A program made the position numbers and the translations under genes. Positions 53,568 through 64,000 of a stretch of DNA of 64,000 bases are shown one piece after another. Location: assembly GCA_051362555.1 (NCBI GenBank), contig CM120648.1, positions 19,588,587 to 19,652,586 on the forward strand. The letters are read 5' to 3'. Positions within the stretch are counted from its first letter, which is position 1. Every line of letters begins with the position of its first letter. The notes below the pieces were generated by a model. It made no database searches. It was not told the origin of the DNA and was given only the letters and a program-made list of their open reading frames with translations. This stretch comes from Lingula anatina. Its lineage: Eukaryota; Animalia; Brachiopoda.

Positions 53568-56162
53568 AGAAGCCAAGGAAGTGTTTCTGGACCTTGCAGA
53601 AATGCAGAGGAGGATCACTTCAGCAATATCCCTGTGTTTGGAAAAATCCTGCTCAGTATGAAGTATGACTACAGAAAAGGTTGGCTGATTATACATATTT
53701 ACAGATGCCAAGACCTTGCTCCAGCTGATGTGAAGAAGAATAGATCTGATCCGTGAGTTTTTTTTTTTTTTTTTTTTGCTGTGTTTTTTGCAAGATACGG
53801 CATAATTTGAGATCTTAATACCATGTGAAAGCAAAACATGCCATTTGTAGCTTATCTCAACAAAAACAAAATTCATGGTGTTATCCAAATGTGTTGAACT
53901 TAATTCATTCACCTAATTTTTACACTGTTTTATTTATGATCGTAATATTTTAAAGTATCTCTGGGTTGCAGCTATGTCAAGACCTACCTCTTGCCAGATA
54001 AATCAAGAGGTGGGAAGAGAAAAACAAAGATAAAGAAGAATACATTGAATCCAACATTTGATGAATTGCTGCATGTAAGTTTCAGCATAAACTGTAAAGA
54101 AAGTAAAGAAAATACTGTTCTTTTAGTTGGTGCAAGGCTAAGCATTCATGGTGAGCAATTCAATGCATCAATAAATTGTTTTTTAATTAATGTACATGTT
54201 GTGGTGTATCTGCTGACAGTCACCCACTATCCTGTTTCAGTACATCATCAATAAGAATGAGCTGGAAAGAAGAACCCTGTGGGTGTCAGTCTGGCACAGT
54301 GTCACATTTGGCCACAATGTGCTCCTGGGTGATGTTGTTTTGCCTCTTAATAAACAGAACTTCGATGACACCTCACCACAGTGGTTCCAGCTATCAGGAG
54401 TAAGTTGGAGAAGTTACAGTAGTATTCAAAGCAATGTTAAATATCAATTTTAAAAGCAGGTTGAAGCATATACAGCTACTTTTTAATGATGTTAATTATA
54501 ATTTACAGACACATTGTGTTAATTTAGTTTGTGAATCCCAAGTTTTTCTGCAATACAGGACCATATGGCTGCTGGGGATCGAGACCAAGCCGTTACTAAT
54601 GTCACTGACCCTCACAGCATCAAAACAAAGAGAGGCCAAGTTCTAAACCAGGCTGATGTGGGCAACCAGTGGCAAAGGTCAACATTATTGGAGACATCTT
54701 TACAGCCCAACCTGGTTGTTCAAGGAGAATACCAACAAAACCAACCATCATCACAACCTACCTTTGGCAAGCAGTTGTTGCAACAAGGCAATTTCCAATC
54801 TCAGACACTACCTGGTAAGTCAACAGGAACAAATCAGCGCTGTCATCATGAAGGACAATCCCAACATAGCAGACTACCTCAGGGGCCAGTCACTGACCAC
54901 CACCTGCAGGAACAAGGTGGTGACCACTTTCAAACAAGGAAATCAGGCCATGACTTCCCACCTTTACCCTCACAACAGGACCCTCTGGCTGCTGAGGATC
55001 AAGACCAGGGTGTCACTGATCCTCAGTCCACCAGAAGAATGGGAAACCAAGCTCTTAACCAGGTCCATGGGGATAATCAGTTAGAAAGTTTACCTACGGC
55101 AGTGACACATGGGATTGCTGGGGTTCTAAGACAGATCCCCACTAATACAGGCAACATGCACATTACATTCAATGTTCAGCAGAATTACCACAATTACTCA
55201 GAAAAGGAATCAATGACAAGCATGAAAGAGAAAGATGTGACAGCGTCATTTCATAAACATGTCCCTCCAAGTGTGAAAAAACGACTGAATGAGACACTTT
55301 CTCAAAATGATGTATGGAACCAAGTAAAGGAGATGTATGACATTTCAGATGAAATCCCATGTCCTCCTGATGTTGTGTCTTCTTTGTTGTCTCAAGTTGA
55401 GGGTTCCATTGCATCTTTCATCAGTGTGTTGTTAAAGTTAAAAGAATGCCACAGAGAAGGACAGCAAGACATTCCACAAGATTTGATTAATGAAGTCAAG
55501 GTAATTGATACTATGGTCTAAAATAAAGTCAAATAAAGTAACCAGTCTTTTAAATTTAAAATTGACCATGTATTTCTTCATATTCTAAGTGAAAAAATAA
55601 AAGCTAGAACTAAATGTATAAGACAATGGGTTGGCTGTTTGGGATTATTAAGTGAATTGTAAGTTGTTTACACAACCTCATGGTTTGAATGAATAGAAGT
55701 TGTAAATAAATGTGACCTATTATATTTCTCTTCTAGAAAGGACTTCTGAGTGAAATGGAGTACAACAGACTGAGAGAGAAAGTGGTTGACTTTGCTGAGG
55801 AACTTTCGATGCATATAGAAAGAACTTTAGATTACCTGTATCAGTTTAATGTAATACCAGATGAGGAGACAACAAAACTTAAAAATGATGCACAGAGAAA
55901 TCCTCAAGACGCTTGCAGAAATTTCTTCAAAGTACTGCTTGCAACCAGTCCTAAAAAAGGACCAATTATATATCTGAAAGCTGCATTCAAAAATTCCGGT
56001 CTTGGGCATCTAGTAAATGAACTAGAAGTCAGCTATCAGGATGTAGAGGATGAAATACAGAAACATGGAGGTGGCCGACCTTCTTGTGAAGAGCCGTTGG
56101 TGATAGGAATGACAGCTCCCCCCACACCTGCTACAGGTGAAAACCCTATTGGAGAACATTAA
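53568..56162 (+). CDS. Chimeric protein: SYTL4/5-like C2A - Q-rich linker - death-domain-like region - CARD (no own start exon visible)
   Basis: Exons 53568-53752, 53972-54074 and 54241-54399 encode [18 protein letters not shown]…[32 protein letters not shown]…NPTFDE…RTLWVSVWH…LLGDV (Slp4/5 C2A). They join in phase 0 to 54559-55500 (Q-rich, then [22 protein letters not shown]…) and to 55737-56162 (FAEELS…[10 protein letters not shown]…[14 protein letters not shown] pattern). AATAAA near 56269. Confidence 0.75.
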
Positions 56163-56199
56163 AACTATGTGTACAGTATTTGACAGTATGTGTCAAGAT

Positions 56200-56690
56200 T
56201 GTTTATGCTATTTGGGTCACCGTGGACTAAGAACATATGGTGTATTGCCACATATATTGACATCAGACAAATAAAGTGACTCTTTGTATTTACTGATTTT
56301 GAACAAGCTTGCTGTTAAACTACAGTGAGGAAGACGTTCATATTTGCAGTTCAGCATCAACTGTGACCCTAACTTTTAACAGGAAGATGACAGAAATTTT
56401 TAAGCAAAACCCAGTGGACCATGAAACCATCAATCCTGTTAGGGGACTTCAATGTTGATTTGTCTTACAGTAGATCTAGAACCCCTACAACCTCTGTTTG
56501 TGTTCCACTTTTATAATACCATCAACAAGTTATTGTCTCACCAACATTGAGGGATATCAAAGACACACTAGTGTTTATGACCATTTTTTTATGTACAAGG
56601 TGTAAAACCAGTAGAAACTGGTACACTGCACCTTTTACATTGCCACATGTGATCCTGTATATGCTATTATACCCATCTGTTTAAACTAGC
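56200..56690 (+). pseudogene. Degenerate apurinic-type (EEP) endonuclease remnant, possibly Helentron-derived
   Basis: MKPSILLGDFNVDL (56421), QQVIVSPT, YDHF and DPVYA, with stops and frameshifts. No RT follows. Confidence 0.5.
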
Positions 56691-57955
56691 TTATAAATTA
56701 CTCCTTTAGTTCATTCCCACAAACAAAAATTTGTAAAAAGCACTGTATATATGTTAAAAAGCATCCATATGTATTTTATGTAAATATATTCTTCTGGTAA
56801 TGTCAACACCATGTAATTTATGTAAATATATCCCCTTAAAGATGGCAACACTACAAATACGTGGGAAGGTGTTTTAATATGTAAAAGAATAGTTTGTAAA
56901 GTATAGTTTGATAATTTTACTAGTGTATACATATAAGTCCATTTATTATTTTGATATTATTCAAGGTGGATGTTTTTATATGAAGTATTGTATTCAATTA
57001 TATTTACAAGAACACTGTATATATGTAGAAAGTTTTAATAAGCACTTTATGTTAATATATATTCCCTGAAAGAAGACAGCACCACAGATATTTATCAGGC
57101 CTACCCAACTACCAGACTCGGCACATAAGGTTCCTGAATTAACCGGTATATCAGACCACACTACCCGTTTTCAAAGGTGTGTGTCACCTTTGAAAACTAA
57201 TTTGCAAATAAACTAATTTCTTATTCAAGTTGTCTTACTTGTATCTTTAAAATATAGGCCTTTATTTCGCCTTTCTTTTATGATACTTTATAAAAGCAAA
57301 TTTTATTATTTAAAGAAAGGGAGGGTTCCAGATGTCAGCCACTGAAAATTATAACACTTCAATACAACATTATAGTCAAAATTGCTGCCCAGATCACAGT
57401 GCTAAAACGTATTTTGATAAAAAAGAATCCTCAGAGAGACCACTAGCCTCCAAAAACATAACATATGTTCACCGTGATACAGTTGCTATAAAAGGTAATT
57501 CAAATGCAGTCTAAGAGAATATCTTATTCCAATAAACTCTATATCTGGGTACCAATGTGTCATTTGCCCAATATCTAAAGTAGCCTCAATTCCCAGATAT
57601 CTTCAGAGAGAGAGTAGAGCGTTTGCCTCTGCTTTATAAACACTGAAACCTCTTATTTTAACTTCTTCAAAATTTAGTTTCCAGTAAACAACACAGATAC
57701 GGGGAATTTATATAAAATAATAATAAAAAACAAACTTAATACTCGCATAAATAAAAAATACATATTTGATGATCTGTAGAAAATATAAAGCCTAAAAGTG
57801 CATTTATCAACCTGAAATGTATTAAGTTGAAGCTGTTTGTTATTTTGTGTGTAAACATGCACATAAATACCCAGTACATCGACTGCGTATTCTTTTTGTC
57901 TCCCTACCGTGTGTTAATAGATATGTTTGGATTAGAATAATAAGATTGTCTTACT

Positions 57956-59023
57956 CAGGGACGGATTTAGGGAGGGGGGTTCAGTGGGGTCCTGACCCCC
58001 CCCCCCCCCTCCTTCGGGTTCTGAAAAAAAAATCACACTAAATATTACCCTTTTAAAATTAGAATTTTAAGTAGCTGATTTATAGTTCTTAACCGTTCCA
58101 AAAGGCACCGTTTGGCATTCAAAACACCAAAATATTTTGGGGCCCTTCAGTGGTCCCCCAGCCCCACCACAAGGAGGCTGAGGGTCGGCTTCGAATCCGA
58201 GGCCTGTCATTTGTAAAAGACACTGACACCCCCTTCAAATCCTAGATCTACCCCTGTCTAACCACCTGTATAATGCGTTCAGGAGACAAAAATGGTGTCT
58301 TCTTTGTAAAATTGTTTGGCAAATATGCTTAGGCGGGGATGGTTTTTGTTCTTTATCCTTTACCAGCTACGCCACAGATCAAACTCAAATGAAATCAATA
58401 GGTAATCCGGCATAGCGGCATGAATGTCATACTTCTCAGCAAGTTTTTTTTTTCAAAAGTCACGTCGCCCTTATCACTATCAGTGATCTCTCGGTAATCT
58501 CTCTTGAAATTAGAATTTTGGTCAGCTGATTCATAGTTCTCAACCGTACCAAACGGCACCGTTTGCCCCCAAAACACTCCACGGAGGCCGAGAGTCGGCT
58601 TCTTATCGGAGGCTTGTCATTCCTAAAAAAAACGATCACGTAAGATTGCCACCTGACATTTGGGTGCCTTGTGGCCTGTGAAAGGGAATACCCCCCCCCC
58701 CCTCCGCCCCAGGACGAATAACCTGTAAAAACTCGGCAAAGTGGTACGGTAAACAGTAGCGGATTTAGGGGGTGTCAAGTGGTTCCTGACCCCCTTCGAT
58801 TTCTGGAAAACATCAAACCAATGGTCCTCTCTTGAAATTAGAATTTTGACAAGCTGAATCACAGTTATCAACCGTACCAAATGGCACCGTTCGCCCTCTA
58901 AAATACCAAAATTTTTCCGGTCCCTTCAGCGGGCCCCGGACCACAGTCCAAAGGAGGGGGGGGGCGTCGGCGTTGCATCCGCGGACCCCCCCCCCTCTCT
59001 CAAAAATCCAGGGTCTGCCCCTG
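57956..59023. mobile_element. Cluster of hAT-like GC-rich MITE copies (57956-58256, partial ~58500-58620, 58754-59023)
   Basis: CAGGGACGGATTTAGG…CCTAGATCTACCCCTG and CAGTAGCGGATTTAGG…GGGTCTGCCCCTG ends, with a shared internal core. Confidence 0.6.
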
Positions 59024-59532
59024 TCCGACACCCATATTCTTTCTTAATTATATCATGCTAGTTTCCAGAATTTGACTCTCGATTTATACCGCTCACTTAG
59101 CAGGTGACAAGATGATACAACGATTAGCACAGCATTTATAAACATTATTGTAAAACAGTTTTCACAAAATTTGATAAGGGTGGTTCAAAGGAAGGAAAGA
59201 AATGATTACAAATTAAACAGGCTCTCGATCTTGTGTTCTCTTATGCTTCATTACCATTTACATTTTGGTGAAGGTTTGCATTCAATTGTGGGGAGATCTG
59301 GAGTTTCATTGGTTTAATTGAGAAATACAGGATGAGGGTAAACTGTGCGTAGTCTTCAGTAATAAAACTGGGATATTAAAAAAAAGAATAAAAAACGACA
59401 TACACGTTACCAGAGGAAAGTAGCCTGCAAGTTTGGTTCTTCTCCACCCCTTCTCTCTCCGTTTCTCTCCCTTTATCTTACTCTCTCCCTTTCCCCCTCA
59501 ATATCTCCCTCTCTTTTTCTCTCTGTGAGTAC

Positions 59533-59536
<4 letters not shown>

Positions 59537-59570
<34 letters not shown>
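59537..59570. repeat. (CT)n microsatellite
   Basis: Pure CT run. Confidence 0.9.
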
Positions 59571-59574
<4 letters not shown>

Positions 59575-60698
59575 CACTGTTAAAGGGTGTATTTCACATG
59601 TACAGTATATGTACACAAAATATTGTTTTAAAACGCCTTAGGTTGTACATGTACTGTGCATAGTAATTGTACAATAATTTTACAGTGACTGATTTCTTTA
59701 CTACATGTACAGTAGCTTTTGTAATCAACGTGTTCAAATAAACAAAAAATAGTTTAGTTTTAGTACAATTTTGTTCAATTTTCTTTTTTTTTAACCGAAA
59801 AACGTCATTAGTTGACACCATCCCGGACCCAGAACCAGAGATTTTCTACAGTAAGTCGTAACTTTATCAGTTGAATTGTTTCCAAATATGTAGGAAACAC
59901 ACACACACAGAGAAATAATAAAAATTAAACGTTCACTCGAGAAAAATGTTGGACCTTAAGTATGATCTCAAAATCATGGCGATAGTCGATCTTTACATCT
60001 ACATGTATTTAACATACTTGTACAGTGTATCCACTCATTTTCTACCGTGTGATACTATCGAAAAAACTTGCCAAATTAAATCATTATAAAACCATAATAA
60101 TGGCCGTAGCGGGATCTCGCGGCTTCGCAGCCTAATGCTAAAGACACAGTTCACTCCAGGGAAATGACAACGCTGGAGAAGGCGGAGCCAATTTGAAGGC
60201 GTGTCATTGGAAGAGTTATGTACTGGGAGGGTGATTTAGTAAAAGGGCAAGTCACTGGAAAAGGGTCAGTCGCTTAAATAAGCAATTCACAGGAGGGATG
60301 AGGTGATTGCACATTTAGTTTTCATCATTTGTCTGTTTTATTATTGTGACATTCATTTTAGCTGAGCCTATAGTGTCTGAGTTGTAGAACATGTCATTTG
60401 CTTGATATGTTAATATCTGTGTCACTGTGATTGGATTATATGAGGAATCACAAGCTTTGAATAATTTCAAAGCAGTTCTTAACAAATAAGAACTGTGCTT
60501 ACAGTGCAGTTTATATAAAAGGGAGTATGTTTTCTATAGGTAAATGATGCATCAGGTTAAAATTATTGTCAGATGGTACCTTTTCTTTCCTTTTACAGAT
60601 TGGTGTGTGGGTTTGGCGGTGCTCTGTTCATTTATTTCCACAGGAAAATTATCCACTTTATACGAAAACAGAGGAAATTGTCCTCCTTTCTCCAGAAG

Positions 60699-61002
60699 AA
60701 GTAAGTACCAGTTACAACAGGAGTCATCCACTGTATGTGACTTACAAGAGAGTAATTATATGACGGTGTATAGTACAAGTAAGTAGCAGTTACAACAGGA
60801 GTCATCCACTGTATGTGACTTACAAGAGAGTAATTATATGACGGTGTATAGTACAAGTAAGTACCAGTTACAACAGGAGTCATCCACTGTATGTGACTTA
60901 CAAGAGAGTAATTATATGACGGTGTATAGTACAAGTAAGTACCAGTTACAACAGGAGTCATCCACTGTATGTGACTTACAAGAGAGTAATTATATGACGG
61001 TG
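60699..61002 (+). repeat. 78-bp minisatellite (~4 copies) starting at the splice donor
   Basis: Unit aagtaagtaccagttacaacagg…gtatagtac. Confidence 0.95.
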
Positions 61003-61361
61003 CAACTGATTTGCACATGTATGGCACATACAATAGACCACAAGTGGTTGTAGAGCTGCTTCAAGCATTTATAGGATGATTACACTTGTATTTCGCTTAC
61101 AACACAGTGAAGCATGTTAATATAGATGAGCAAGCAATCGTTCCATTGTTGCTAACAGTAAATGTTTTTATGATTGTTATCACATAAGGAAATGTTTGGG
61201 ATAATTATGTGAAAAGGACATAGTGAAGATACCTTTTATTAGCATTCAGTTTATTCCCATTTTTTGTGTGATATAATGTGTTGTAAATATGATGTGTTTT
61301 ATTTATTTCAGTCGATTCATCTATCCAACTGTGATACATGTAACATTTTTGATATCCACTC

Positions 61362-62140
61362 TATCCTTTCCCCTGGGGCTGGGGCAGTATACAGCTGGAA
61401 TGGTACGTATCATGGGGGGTGAGGGTGTTATCCTTTCCCCTGGGGCTGGGGCAGTATACAGCTGGAATGGTACGTATCATGGGGGGTGAGGGTGTTATCC
61501 TTTCCCCTGGGGCTGGGGCAGTATACAGCTGGAATGGTACGTATCATGGGGGGTGAGGGTGTTATCCTTTCCCCTGGGGCTGGGGCAGTATACAGCTGGA
61601 ATGGTACGTATCATGGGGTTGAGGGTGTTATCCTTTCCCCTGGGGCTGGGGCAGTATACAGCTGGAATGGTACGTATCATGGGGGGTGAGGGTGTTATCC
61701 TTTCCCCTGGGGCTGGGGCAGTATACAGCTGGAATGGTACGTATCATGGGGGGTGAGGGTGTTATCCTTTCCCCTGGGGCTGGGGCAGTATACAGCTGGA
61801 ATGGTACGTATCATGGGGGGTGAGGGTGTTATCCTTTCCCCTGGGGCTGGGGCAGTATACAGCTGAAATGGTACGTATCATAAGGGGTGAGGGTGTTATC
61901 CTTTCCCCTGGGGCTGGGGCAGTATACAGCTGGAATGGTATGTATCATGGGGGTGAGGGTGTTATCCTTTCCCCTGGGGCTGGGGCAGTATACAGCTGGA
62001 ATGCTATGTATCATGGGGGTGAGGGTGTTATCCTTTCCCCTGGGGCTGGGGCAGTATACAGCTGAAATGGTATGTATCATGGGGGGTGAGGGTGTTATCC
62101 TTTCCCCTGGGGCTGGGGCAGTATACAGCTGAAATGGTAT
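61362..62140 (+). repeat. 66-67-bp minisatellite (~12 copies) made of exon 3' end + donor
   Basis: Unit tatcctttcccctggggctggggcagtatacagctggaatg|gtacgtatcatggggggtgagggtgt. Confidence 0.95.
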
Positions 62141-62586
62141 GTTTTCTGGAAACAATTTACAGTAGGCAAGGGTTATCTCAAATGAAGCAAACAAATTACT
62201 AGTTTGTCCGATTTACCAACACAACTTACCAAACACCCCTTTTCTCTATTAGTAATAGATACCTCAAAATGTACAGAGATTATGTTCAATCAACTCACTG
62301 ACAAGTCCATTGTATTTTCAGTTATCAGATAAATTCATCTCTTTCCACAACTCTTGATAGTGCACCTGTCCTTTCAGTTAACTCACCTAGAAGTTAAATG
62401 TAATTTCAGTTAACTTACTGATGAGAAGTCCAATGTAGTCAGGATGGGAGAGCAGGTGTCTCCTATAGTCCCTGGAGGATATGCTGTAGTAGGTGAGTGT
62501 ATGACTACATGGTATCCCAGTGAAGTCATGATGGGAGAGCAGGTGTCTCCTATAGTCCCTGGAGGATAAGCTGTAGTAGGTGAGTG

Positions 62587-62754
62587 CAGGCCCGTAGCCA
62601 GCAATGTCAAAAGGGGGGTTCTTTTTCTGAGAAAGTGGACCTTTTTCTTTAAAAACTTTATGTACCTAGATCAAATTTTACCCAGAGTGGACCTTTTCCC
62701 AGCAAAAAGGGTGGTTCTTTCGAACCCCCCGAACCCCCCCTGGCTACGGGCTTG
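62587..62754. mobile_element. hAT-like MITE with 5-bp TSD (GAGTG) inserted in the CLC repeat
   Basis: gagtg|CAGGCCCGTAGCCAG…CTGGCTACGGGCTTG|gagtg. The empty site is visible in the adjacent repeat unit (gtaggtgagtgtatg). Confidence 0.85.
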
Positions 62755-63224
62755 GAGTGTATGACTACATGGTATCCCAGTGAAGTCATGATGGGAGAGC
62801 AGGTGTCTCCTATAGTCCCTGGAGGATATGCTGTAGTAGGTAATATCATTTAACTCAGCAGTACTCTCTATCTGTTAAGATTCATATTAGAGTCCTCTAC
62901 AAACCCATGATAGTAACTACAGGTATGAAAATTGATCACTTGGTCTAGTGTGTCAGTTATTTTAAATATTAGGGGAAAAATGAATATTATTATTATTATT
63001 CCAAACTGAGTTTTTCGGTTCATTATTTATTAATAAACCAGCTGTACATGTATCTTTATGCAGCAGCTATTGCTCTTTAGGCTGGCTGATATCGCATTGG
63101 AAAAAATGTCAGTGGTATGCTTGTTTCAATGTATTTTTGCTTTCATAATCATGAGGTGTGTGTTTATCATTTGTGTAGGAGCTGCTGCCTTGGCAGGAAG
63201 TGTAACCCACACCATTTCCACCTC

Positions 63225-63962
63225 TGTGATAGTGTTTGAGCTAACAGGACAGATATCCCACATTCTACCTGCTGTGGTAAGACAACTGATTGTTTGATAA
63301 ATGTGATAGTGTTTGAGCTAACGGGACAGATATCCCACATTCTACCTGCTGTGGTAAGACAACTGATTGTTTGATAAATGTGATAGTGTTTGAGCTAACG
63401 GGACAGATATCCCACATTCTACCTGCTGTGGTAAGACAACTGATTGTTTGATATATGTGATAGTGTTTGAGCTAACGGGACAGATATCCCACATTCTACC
63501 TGCTGTGGTAAGACAACTGATTGTTTGATAAATGTGATAGTGTTTGAGCTAACGGGACAGATATCCCACATTCTACCTGCTGTGGTAAGACAACTGATTG
63601 TTTGATATATGTGATAGTGTTTGAGCTAACGGGACAGATATCCCACATTCTACCTGCTGTGGTAAGACAACTGATTGTTTGATAAATGTGATAGTGTTTG
63701 AGCTAACGGGACAGATATCCCACATTCTACCTGCTGTGGTAAGACAACTGATTGTTTGATATATGTGATAGTGTTTGAGCTAACAGGACAGATATCCCAC
63801 ATTCTACCTGCTGTGGTAAGACAACTGATTATTTGATAAATGTGATAGTGTTTGAGCTAACGGGACAGATATCCCACATTCTACCTGCTGTGGTAAGACA
63901 ACTGATTGTTTGACAAATGTGATAGTGTTTGAGCTAAAGGGACAGATATCCCACATTCTACT
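63225..63962 (+). repeat. 77-bp minisatellite (~9.6 copies) made of exon 3' end + donor
   Basis: Unit tgtgatagtgtttgagctaac(a/g)ggacagatatcccacattctacctgctgtg|gtaagacaactgattgtttgata(a/t)a, starting at 63225, 63302, 63379 … 63918. Confidence 0.95.
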
Positions 63963-64000
63963 GGCTGACAAGATTGTTGGTCTTTGAAAAAATTTAATCA

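Larger units (their letters stand above)
60599..63276 (+). pseudogene. CLCN2: CLC-2-like chloride channel exon fragments, probably a disrupted partial copy
   Basis: Exons 60599-60700 (LVCGFGGALFIYFHRKII…), 61312-61402 (RFIYP…LISTLSFPLGLGQYTAG), ~62442-62839 (GECMTTWYP…PIVPGGYAVV, triplicated, one copy with TAA, one with a MITE) and 63179-63276 ([31 protein letters not shown]). The intervening GxFxP-containing exons were not found. Confidence 0.8.

Noticed and set aside
53568-54399. Calling this an intact SYTL4/SYTL5 gene
   Set aside because: No Rab-binding (SHD) or C2B exons are present; only C2A, followed by unrelated exons.
60699-63962. Regular direct repeats resembling CRISPR arrays
   Set aside because: Head-to-tail units with no unique spacers, derived from eukaryotic exon/intron sequence; no cas genes.

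Overview
AT-rich, intron-containing animal DNA, probably from a marine invertebrate (inferred from the gene and repeat content). There is no rRNA, tRNA or CRISPR. All recognisable spliced genes are on the + strand: (1) a coiled-coil + BEN-domain gene (1061-4223) followed by a palindromic TCCTATAGGA array that ends in a CACAG-type (CACTA/EnSpm-like) terminus; (2) the 3' part of a ROCO gene (Roc GTPase G3/G4/G5 + COR) ending in a DZIP3-type HEPN domain with an intact RxxxxH motif (29458-44723); (3) a chimeric module whose exons splice in frame as synaptotagmin-like protein 4/5 C2A, Q-rich linker, death-domain-like region, CARD (53568-56162); (4) broken CLC-2-like chloride channel exons, each followed by a minisatellite that includes its own splice donor (60599-63962). 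The rest is deeply nested mobile DNA: self-nested Helentron-associated (HINE/DINE-like) elements, two inverted TA-flanked non-autonomous elements, a Tx1 LINE fragment, and, in the 11.6-kb ROCO intron, a TA-flanked CryptonV-like tyrosine-recombinase element carrying a Harbinger MITE and an EnSpm-type element that contains a Gypsy remnant. The best candidate for an undescribed system is a putative innate-immune/cell-death locus: Roc-COR-HEPN next to C2-DD-CARD, possibly alternative effector ends of one gene. All domain calls come from motif recognition by eye; no searches were run.
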